From Kofleriaceae bacterium (GTDB lineage Bacteria; Myxococcota_A; Polyangia; Haliangiales; Haliangiaceae): DNA of 64,000 nucleotides. The notes below the pieces were generated by a model that saw only the letters and a list, made by a program, of their open reading frames with translations, was not told where the DNA came from and made no database searches. This document shows positions 50,936 through 64,000 of the stretch, one piece after another. Each line of letters starts with the position of its first letter. Position 1 is the stretch's first letter. The position numbers were made by a program, and so were the translations under genes. The DNA lies in the NCBI GenBank assembly GCA_015075455.1, contig JABTUH010000016.1:128001-192000 (forward strand), read 5' to 3'.

Positions 50936-52773
50936 TCAGTCGTCCAGGTAGCCGGTCAGCTTGAGCTTGTTGCGGGCGGACTTGGCCAGCTTGGAGCGCG
51001 GCCGCTCGTCGATGATGCCCTGGAGCAGCTCCGCCCCCAGCTCCTTGCCGCTCTCCTCGGGCGACTCGAGCAGGCGGAAGCCGAGGCCGTAGAGCTCCGC
51101 GTCGTCGACGTCCTTCTCGCGCGCCAGCTTCCCGGCCACCGGGTAGCCCTTGGCCGCCAGGCGCCCGAACTGCTCGAGCACCGGGTCGTCGGCGTGGGAG
51201 GCGCGCAGGATGCCCTGGCCCATGGCGTTGAGGCCGAGCACGGCCAGGAAGAAGCGCGCGTCGTCGTCGATCACGGCGTCGAGGTCGGCGCGGCTGCGCA
51301 GGAGCGGCTTGAGCGCGGCGAAGGCCTCGATGGGCTTGCCGGCCTTGCGCAGGCGGCGCGCGCGCTCGAACAGCAGCTCGACGTGCTTCTGGGGCGCGAC
51401 GTCGGCGATCACCTCGGTCAGGATGCGCTCGAGGAGGATCGAGTCGGCGCTCGCCTTGCCGCGGGCGTGGCGCTCGAGGTGCTCGTGGGCCGCCGCCGCC
51501 AGCTCGTCGAGGGCGGTGCTCGAGACGCCCGCGAGTGCGAGCGCAGGGCGCCGGCGTAGCGGCGCGCGACGTGCTCGTCGGTGGCGGCGAGCAGCGCGCG
51601 CACCAGCGGCAGCACCGCCTCGGGAGCCTTGGCCAGGCCGCGCGCCGCGGCGTCGCGCGCGGTGACGTCGTCGCCGCCGAGGGCGTCGATGAGGGCCTTG
51701 ACCGCGCCGGCGCCGCCGCCGGCCGGCAGCCGCTCCATCGCCAGCTTCTGCGCCGCCGGGTTCTTCGAGCGGGCGAGCGCGGCGAACGGCCGCGCCAGCT
51801 TCTCGGGGATGCGCGCGCCGCGCAGGGTGTCGATCGCGGCCTGCGCGATGCCGAGGTCGTCGCCGTCGGCGTACTCGATGAGCGCCTCGATCGCGGTCTC
51901 GGTGCCGCGGGCCTCGCTGGCGGCGACGATCCGGCGCAGCGCGGCGATGGCGGCGAAGCGCACCGGCCGCGGCCGCCCCTCGGCCGACTGCGCGACCAGC
52001 AGGCCCTGCGAGGCCGGACGGGCCAGGTAGCCGAGCAGCCGCAGGAGCGCGGTGTGCTCGGCGAGGATCGGCGCCACCGACGGATCGCGGGTGGGGTCGA
52101 AGGCGGGCGCGGCGGCGCCGTCGCCGGCGGCGGCCTTGCCCTTGCGCGCCGCCTTGCCCTTGCCCTGGCCCGGCGCCTTGCCGGCGGCGGCCTTGCCGTG
52201 CTCCTTCTCGACGCGGGTCAGCTCCTTGTCGAGGCGCTTGCCGGCGTCGCCGACCCGCGCGGTCGCGGCCTTGAAGACCAGGTCGGCGAGCTTGTCGTCG
52301 CCGGCGTCGAGCTCGTGGCGGACGAGCTGCAGCACCTGCTCGCCGAGCTCGGGATCGCCGAGCTGATCGAGCAGCGCCTCGAGGGCGCTGGTGGTGCCGC
52401 GGCGGAGCAGGAGCTGCGCGATGGCGCGGCGCGCGCCGACCGGACCGTGGCCCAGCTCCTTGCGCAGCGAGCCCTCGGCCGACGAGCCCTGGGCCGCCAG
52501 CACCTGGGCGGCGCGCTCGGCCAGGGCCTCGTCGTCGCCCTTGAGGATGGCGACCAGGTGCGGCGCGATGCCGGTGGCGCCCTGCGCCACCAGCCCCTCG
52601 AGGGCGATGCGGCGGACCATGCCGTCGCCGTCCTGGAGCCGCGCCACCAGCCCCTTCTGCACGGTGGCGTCACCGTCGCCGACCGCGGCCAGGACGGTGG
52701 CGGCGGCGGCCCGCAGATCGACGCGATCGTGCTCGAGGAGCCCGATCACCTGCGCTCCCAGGTTCTTGCCCAT
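50936..52773 (-). CDS. HEAT-repeat (PBS-lyase-like) protein. One frameshift near ~51450.
   Basis: MGKNLGAQVIGLLEHDRVDLRAAAATVLAAVGDGDA..., repeated ..ARRAIAQLL / ..VRFAAIAALRRI.. HEAT-like helices. The C-terminal 158 aa continue in ORF 50936..51412. Confidence 0.55.
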
Positions 52774-53024
52774 GATGCATCCCCCTTCGGGATGGCGAAA
52801 CGTAGGGCGGCTTCCCCGGCTTGTAAAGAGATCGCGAATCATCTCGCCCGTCTGGCCCCGCTGGCGCGCCGTCTCTCGCTGCGGTCCGGCGCCGGGACAC
52901 CTCCCCGGTCCACCTCCGCTCCGGACCGGTCCATCTCCGGGATCCCCGGGGGGAGATCGGCCGTCGATCCAGCGTATTCTGAGGCGAGCCACTGCCAGCC
53001 GAACGAGCCCCGGAGGATCCTCCC

Positions 53025-53726
53025 ATGTCGAGCGCCAAGGACTTCACCATCGCCCCCCAGGCCGAGCTCCAGCCCTGGGCCGAGCAGGCCCTGAAGGAGC
53101 AGGAGGCGGCGCCCCCCGCCAGCGAGCAGCGCGCCCAGGATCCCGCCGCCAACGACGTGCTGCTCTTCCAGCTCCCGATGCTCGCCGCCGGCGACGCCGA
53201 GGGGCTCGCCGATCTGCTCGAGCGCCACCCCGATCTGCACGAGCAGATCCTGCAGGCGGCGGCGGGCTTCCTCGGCAACGACACCGTGGTCCGCGCCCTC
53301 GACGTGCTCAAGCGCCGCGCGGCGCAGCCGCACGAGGAGCCGAAGGAGGAGCTGACGCCGCCGGCGGTCGTCGCCGAGCAGGCCGCCGAGGCCACCCCGG
53401 CCGGCACCACCGAGTCGGCGCCGGCGCCCGCGCCGACCGAGCAGGCCGAGGACAAGGTCGAGCCGGGCTGGGTGGTGCGCGCGCGCGCCTACAACGCCAA
53501 CCACCCCGACGAGGTGTGGATGTTCAACATGGCCACCGGCTTCGCGTGCCGTGGCGCCGACGGCGCGCCCGACCCCAACGCCGTCGCCAACTGGCAGCAC
53601 AACCACGGCCTCAAGCCCGACGGCCGCATCGGCAAGCAGACCGCCGAGCGCGCGTGGACGCTGATGCCGGTCGAGAAGGCGCCCGAGCCCGAGGCCGCGC
53701 CCGCCGAGGCTCCGCCACCGGCCTAG
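53025..53726 (+). CDS. Hypothetical protein with a C-terminal peptidoglycan-binding-like motif (WQHNHGLKPDGRIGKQT).
   Basis: Intact 233 aa. RBS GGAGG. Acidic/Ala-rich middle region. Confidence 0.45.
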   Translation: MSSAKDFTIAPQAELQPWAEQALKEQEAAPPASEQRAQDPAANDVLLFQLPMLAAGDAEGLADLLERHPDLHEQILQAAAGFLGNDTVVRALDVLKRRAAQPHEEPKEELTPPAVVAEQAAEATPAGTTESAPAPAPTEQAEDKVEPGWVVRARAYNANHPDEVWMFNMATGFACRGADGAPDPNAVANWQHNHGLKPDGRIGKQTAERAWTLMPVEKAPEPEAAPAEAPPPA

Positions 53727-53766
53727 CCGCGCGTGGCCGCGCCTGGCCGGCGCGCGGCTCGAGGGC

Positions 53767-55869
<2,103 letters not shown>

Positions 55870-55894
55870 GGCGGTCAGGCTAGCACGGGGCCGC

Positions 55895-56682
55895 TCACAC
55901 GAACTCGCGGCGCTGGAAGATCACGCACGACAGGACCAGCAGCGCCGCGATCCACAGCAGGCCGTGGCCGGCGGCTGACGCCACGTAGCCCCACGACACG
56001 AAGTCGCCGTGCACGGTGACGTGCTCGCCGTCGACCGCCCGCCCCGACACCGCGAACAGGTGGAGGTCGGGGACGATCTCGAGCGTGGTGCGGGCGACGG
56101 TGCGGATCCACGGCGCGTCGGCGCCGGCGGCGGCGTTGCGCAGGTCGGGGGTGACGCGCCCGATCACGAACAGGGCGAGGGCGAAGATGCCCGACAGGAA
56201 CGGGCTCGAGAACGACGAGAAGAAGACCGCGATCGCGGCCACGGTCAGGACCTCGCACCAGGCCAGGACCACCGCCTTGCCGACCGCCGCCGACACCGCC
56301 ACCCCCTGCGAGGCCAGGAGCAGGGCCATCGCCACCGCGAACAGCGCGACCAGCACCGACAGGACGAGCGCCATCCCCAGGTACTTGCCGACGACGAACT
56401 CGGCGCGGGCGATGGGCTTGGAGATGATGGCGTAGATCGTGCGGCGCTGGACCTCGCTGAAGAGCAGGAACACGCCGAGGAAGATCGCGGTGAGCGCGCC
56501 GAACAGCGAGATGCCGGCCAGCCCGATGTCGCGCGCCACCCGGGCCTGCTCGTGGATCGACATCTCGCCGAGGACGATGGCCAGGAGGTTGGCGCCGACC
56601 ACCAGCACCAGGATGCCGTACAGCACCCGGATGCGCGCCGCCTCGCGGAAGGTGTTGAGGGCGATCGCCCACAGCCGGCCGA

Positions 56683-56686
<4 letters not shown>
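55895..56686 (-). CDS. ABC-2-type transporter permease.
   Basis: Intact 263 aa, 6 predicted transmembrane segments. Confidence 0.65.
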
Positions 56687-57711
<1,025 letters not shown>

Positions 57712-57718
57712 CGCGGGA

Positions 57719-58568
57719 TCAGGGGTAGCGGCCCTGGATGCCGACGCCGAACTCGAGGCCGGCCTCGAGCCAGCGGCGGAAGGCCAGCTCCTCGCCGAAG
57801 AAGACGTAGGCGCCGTAGGCGTCGTGGAAGTCGACGAACAGGCCGTTGGCGTTGCGGAGGGCGACGTCGACGCCGCGGCCGGCGCCGCTGGCGTCCTGGT
57901 AGCCGGTGGCGTCGAGCGCGACCTGCACCGTCGAGAAGAACTTGAGGACGCCGCGCTCGCTGAAGTAGAGGCGCACGCCGGGCGAGTAGTGACGGAGGCG
58001 CGGGCCCTCGCCGCTGGCGGCGGTGGCCCCGAAGTCGCGCTCGAGGCCGAAGCGCAGCTCGAGCATGAGCTCGAGGTGGGCGGTCAGGCCGTAGCTGAGG
58101 GTGAGATCGAGGGCGACCGGCACCCGCCCGAAGCAGTAGGTGGCGTTGCCGGTGGCGCTCTCGCCGCGATCGCCGCAGAAGTCGGCGGCGTCCCAGGTCT
58201 TGATGAACCGGCTGCCCGAGACGACCTGGGCCGAGACGCCGAGCTGGCCCTTGTGGCCGTCGCGGGTCGCGCCCACCGGCTGAGCGCCCGTCTCCGACGG
58301 CACCTCGCTCGCCCGGCGCGCGCCGTCGTCGCCGTCGTCGCCGCCGTCGTCGTCGGCGCCGGCGCCGGGCTCGACCACCGGCGCCAGCTCGCCGGGACCG
58401 GCGGCGGCGGGCGCGGCGTCAGCGCGGGAGCGCGATCAGGGCCAGCGCCGCGAGCGCGGCCAGCGTCCCGGGCGCGGCCAGCGTCCCGGGCGCGGCGGCG
58501 GCGGACGCGGTGCGCGCGGTCGGCCGGCCAGGGTCGGCGCCGGGGCGCCAGGCCACGGACGTTCTCAT
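57719..58568 (-). CDS. Probable outer-membrane beta-barrel protein. One frameshift between the signal peptide and the mature domain. 18-bp in-frame tandem duplication in the signal peptide.
   Basis: MRTSVAWRPG...PGTLAAPGTLAALAALALIALP (signal, frame A). Mature part ..YCFGRVPVALDLTLSYGLTAHLELMLELRFGLERDF...VGIQGRYP (frame B). Confidence 0.45.
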
Positions 58569-58606
58569 CGGCCGCTACCGTATCATGGGCCTGCTATCTT
58601 CGTGGC

Positions 58607-59422
58607 GTGACGACGCGCCGCCGCATGCTCGCCGCCGCCCTCGCGGCCGGGACCGGGATGATCCTGGGCCGGCCGCGCGGCGCGCGCGCCATCGGCCCCG
58701 GGTCGCGCTTCCGGTTCGGCCAGCTGGTGCTGGCCCGCGATCAGCCGCCGCGGCCGGCCGCCCTGCGCCGGCTCCTGTGGGAGCTCGACAAGCGGACCTC
58801 GATCGAGGTCGACCTCGAGTCGCCGCTGGTCACCCTCGACTCGCCGCGGCTGCACGAGACCCCGGTGCTGTACCTGGCCGGCGACCGCGAGTTCGCGCTG
58901 CCCAGCCCGGCGGCGGTCGGCGCGCTGCGTCGCTTCCTCGCCTTCGGCGGCTTCCTGCTCGTCGACTCGGCCGAGGGCTCGACCGACGGCGCCTTCGACA
59001 AGTCGGTGCGGGCGCTGGTCGACGTCCTCTACCCGCGGCCGGCGGCCGGCCTCGAGCTGGTCCCGGCCGACCACGTCGTCTACAAGTCGTTCTACCTCCT
59101 CGACCGGCCGCTCGGGCGGCTGGCGCTGTCGCCGGTGATGGAGGGCGTGACCCGGGGTGGTCGGCTGGTCATCGCCTACGTCCAGAACGATCTCGGCGGC
59201 GCGTGGGTGCGCGACAACCTCGGCAACTACGAGCTGGCCTGCCTGCCTGGCGGCGAGCGGCAGCGCGAGCTGGCGTTCCGCATGGGCGTCAACCTGGCGA
59301 TGTACGCGCTGTGCCTCGACTACAAGACCGATCAGGTCCACGTGCCCTTCATCATGCGGCGGCGGCGGTGGCGCCCCGACGACGGCGCGGTGGTGCCCGG
59401 GTCCGGGTCCGGATCCAGGTGA
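58607..59422 (+). CDS. DUF4159-domain protein with a Tat-type signal (TTRRRMLAAALAAGTG).
   Basis: ..VLYLAGDREFALPSPAAVGALRRFLAFGGFLLVDSAEGSTDGAFDKSVRALVDVLYP...YVQNDLGGAW, typical of DUF4159 proteins of BatA-type (aerotolerance-like) loci. Confidence 0.6.
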   Translation: MTTRRRMLAAALAAGTGMILGRPRGARAIGPGSRFRFGQLVLARDQPPRPAALRRLLWELDKRTSIEVDLESPLVTLDSPRLHETPVLYLAGDREFALPSPAAVGALRRFLAFGGFLLVDSAEGSTDGAFDKSVRALVDVLYPRPAAGLELVPADHVVYKSFYLLDRPLGRLALSPVMEGVTRGGRLVIAYVQNDLGGAWVRDNLGNYELACLPGGERQRELAFRMGVNLAMYALCLDYKTDQVHVPFIMRRRRWRPDDGAVVPGSGSGSR

Positions 59423-59426
59423 GACC

Positions 59427-61920
<2,494 letters not shown>

Positions 61921-61931
61921 GAACGGGCGAG

Positions 61932-63161
61932 ATGCTCGCCCTCGACAGCCTGGTCACCGACCTCATCTTCCAGCAGTCGGCCCAGATCGATCAGCAGACG
62001 CTGATCGACGCCCTCGGCGGCCTCGACGTCGCCCGGCAGCGCAAGCTGCTCGACCCCGACATGCTCGATCCCCGCATGGAGATGGAGCTGTCGCCGTCGA
62101 TGCCGTTCCGTCGCCGCGGCGAGCGCCGCCTGCTCATCATCGACGACAGTCAGCCGCTGCGCGAGGATCCACAGGAGCCGCTGGTCGCGGTCGACCTGCG
62201 GCCGGCGCGCGACGCGCTCATCGCCATGTGCGAGGCGCTGCCGGTGCGCCTGGGCCGGCTGTTCGCGCTCGGCGCCTGGGGCGACGCGGTGCTGGTGGCG
62301 CGCGAGGCGCGCGACCTGCGCGCGATCTGCCTGCTGGCGTGGGCGCTCGACCCCACGGTGGACATCGACGGCAAGCGGCGGGCCAGCCAGCTCTCGAAGC
62401 AGGAGTTCGAGGCCAAGATCATGGCCTACGAGAAGCGCCTCGACGAGCTCGACGACCAGGCCATCCTCGCCGCCACCGTCGGCCTCAACGTCGAGCGCCG
62501 CGGCGAGCTGATCGTCGTCGACGTGCTGGCCGCCGACGGCACCTGGGATCAGCGGCGGTCGCTGGCGATGGAGCAGCAGCTCGCGGCGATGGAGCGGTTC
62601 TCGCGGCTCCCGGGCGCGCCGGCGTCGCCGCGGGTCGAGGCCGCCCGCCCCGCCGCCGCCAGCAGCGGCGCCACGCCGGCGCGCGGCCGCGCCGAGGGGG
62701 CGAAGCCCGAGGCGGCGGCGGCGCCGTCGCCGGAGCCGCCGCCGCCGGAGCCGATCGGGCCGCCGCTCACGACCGCCGAGATCGGCGGCGCGGGGGTCAT
62801 CGTCTTCCCGGCCGAGCGCTTCGACCTCGACGTGGCGGCCGCGCTCGGGAAGCGCGACTGGGATCAGGTCATCCGCGCCGGCGACGCCTTCCCGGGCGCG
62901 ATCCGCGACCGCATCCAGCGCGACGGCGCCGGGTGGGTGGCGCCGCTCGAGTTCCTGTCCGAGGTCTTCGTCGATGGCAAGCCGCTGTCGCGGCCGGCGT
63001 TCGAGGCCGGCGCCCGGGCGGCCAGCGGCGGCGTGCGCGAGCTCGAGGTCCACTTCCCGCGCTTCGGACCGGTGATGCTGCTCGACGTCCCCGGCAAGGG
63101 TCGGTTCGTGAGCTCGCTGCGCGACCACACCGAGGCGGTGGTCGCGCTGGTGGCCCGGTGA
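61932..63161 (+). CDS. Hypothetical protein (410 aa), no recognisable domain.
   Basis: Intact ORF, coding-like composition. Starts 12 bp after the upstream gene. Confidence 0.45.
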   Translation: MLALDSLVTDLIFQQSAQIDQQTLIDALGGLDVARQRKLLDPDMLDPRMEMELSPSMPFRRRGERRLLIIDDSQPLREDPQEPLVAVDLRPARDALIAMCEALPVRLGRLFALGAWGDAVLVAREARDLRAICLLAWALDPTVDIDGKRRASQLSKQEFEAKIMAYEKRLDELDDQAILAATVGLNVERRGELIVVDVLAADGTWDQRRSLAMEQQLAAMERFSRLPGAPASPRVEAARPAAASSGATPARGRAEGAKPEAAAAPSPEPPPPEPIGPPLTTAEIGGAGVIVFPAERFDLDVAAALGKRDWDQVIRAGDAFPGAIRDRIQRDGAGWVAPLEFLSEVFVDGKPLSRPAFEAGARAASGGVRELEVHFPRFGPVMLLDVPGKGRFVSSLRDHTEAVVALVAR

Positions 63162-63314
63162 CCCAGGCCGCCCGGCGGCGGGCGGAGCTGGGGCGGGCCG
63201 CGCGGGGTGGCGCGGGGCCGCGTCGCTGCCGTGCCGCTGGTGAGCGTCGGCGGTGCCCATCATCGGCGGGCCGGGCTCAGGCGGGCCGCGCGGGCCGCGC
63301 GCGGCGGCGAGCCG

Positions 63315-63498
63315 CGTCGGCGGCGCCCGTCAACGCGCCGCGGCCTCGGGCGCGGCCGCGCGCGTCGGCAGCCGCAGCGCCGCCGCGCGCCGGTGCTGAG
63401 CGGTGGCCGCGCCCGGCGGCGCGCCAGGCTCGTGCTGACCGCGCGGGTGGCGATCGTCGGCGGCGCCCGTCGGCGCGCCAGGCTCGTGCTGGCCGCGC
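63315..63498. repeat. Imperfect ~53-bp direct repeats (GTCGGCGGCGCCCGTCRRCGCGCC...GGCGCGCCAGGCTCGTGCTGRCCGCGC) in what is probably the signal-peptide-coding region.
   Basis: Read directly. Full unit at 63453-63498, partial copies at 63315-63338 and 63414-63445. Confidence 0.5.
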
Positions 63499-64000
63499 TG
63501 GCGGCGAGCGTCGGCGTCGGCGTCGACGTCGCCGCAGCCGCGCCAGCGACGCGCCGGTGGGCCGCGTCGTGTTCGCTCGCGACCGCTCGCTATGGCTCAC
63601 CGATCCGCTCGGCAAGCGGCCGCCGGTCGAGGTGGCGACGCTGCCGGCGGCGGCCAGCGAGGTGCGGGCGATCCGCTCCGACGCTGCCGGGACCCGGCTG
63701 CTGGTGGACGTCGCCGGACGCTGGTACTGGGCGCCGGTGCCCGATGCCGGCGCGGGCCCGGTGACGCCGAGCGCGCTGCCGTGCGGTCCCGGGCCGGCGC
63801 GCCTGGCGGCGCGCGGCGACCTGGTGCTGTGCGCGACCCCGGCGGGCAGCGCCCGGCTGGTGCGGCTCGGCGATGGCAAGCTGTTCGACCGGCCGGCGCC
63901 GGCGGCCGCGGCGTCGGTGGTCGAGCGCGGCGGCGTGCGCGAGCTGGTCTGGGACGGTGGCCCGGCCGGCGTGCTGGCGGCGCCGCTGTCGCGGCCGGGC
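63400..64000 (+). CDS. Partial gene (runs off the window end): secreted TolB/PD40-like beta-propeller repeat protein. Frameshift between the signal and mature parts.
   Basis: [26 protein letters not shown] (signal-like, frame 0). Then GRVVFARDRSLWLTDPLGKRPPVEVATLPAAASEVRAIRSDAAGTRLLVDVAGRWYWAPVPD...LVLCATPAGSARLVRLGDGKLF (frame 1). Confidence 0.35.

Noticed and set aside
53012-53023. 12-bp perfect palindrome GGAGGATCCTCC immediately upstream of the 53025 ATG.
   Set aside because: It is simply the Shine-Dalgarno GGAGG plus its reverse complement. It is too short and too GC-typical to call an operator.

Overview
This is a ~73% GC window that looks like myxobacterial (Myxococcota) chromosome, going by the ClpX, Lon, trigger factor and DapL sequences. 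No rRNA, tRNA, CRISPR array, IS element or prophage was recognised.

Housekeeping genes found:
- tig-clpP-clpX (37.5-41.1 kb, minus strand) and a separate lon (14.3-16.7 kb).
- dapL, a BolA-family gene and a fumA-type fumarate hydratase I (26.7-30.0 kb).
- A PanE/ApbA-family 2-dehydropantoate 2-reductase (assigned panE) and sppA.

Envelope and regulatory genes found:
- Envelope/secreted proteins: a porin-like outer-membrane β-barrel protein, an alginate-export-family β-barrel protein, c-type cytochromes, an S8 peptidase, a CarboxypepD_reg/PDZ protein, an M19-like lipoprotein and a Tat-pirin.
- Signalling/regulatory genes: two PilZ proteins, a Ser/Thr kinase, MocR, TetR, and a PNPOx-GAF sensor-like fusion.

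The most striking observation is that almost every gene in the first ~22 kb, including the highly conserved lon, is broken by multiple single-base frameshifts. The translated pieces in between stay near-consensus. Several genes elsewhere are also frameshifted, while clpX, clpP, tig, dapL, fumA and the envelope operon at 53-63 kb are intact. This looks more like indel assembly error than real gene decay, and boundaries of the frameshifted genes are therefore approximate.

Other points worth a second look:
- a ~3.7 kb ultra-GC-rich tract (30.06-33.79 kb) with no recognisable gene;
- hexanucleotide-periodic (GNCCGA)n tracts;
- perfect AT-rich 16-bp palindromes at gene boundaries;
- a PNPOx / PNPOx-GAF / dihaem-type cytochrome c cluster;
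- a tandem-AAA ATPase + ABC-2 exporter + outer-membrane barrel operon that sits divergent from a DUF4159 / BatA-like membrane protein cluster.
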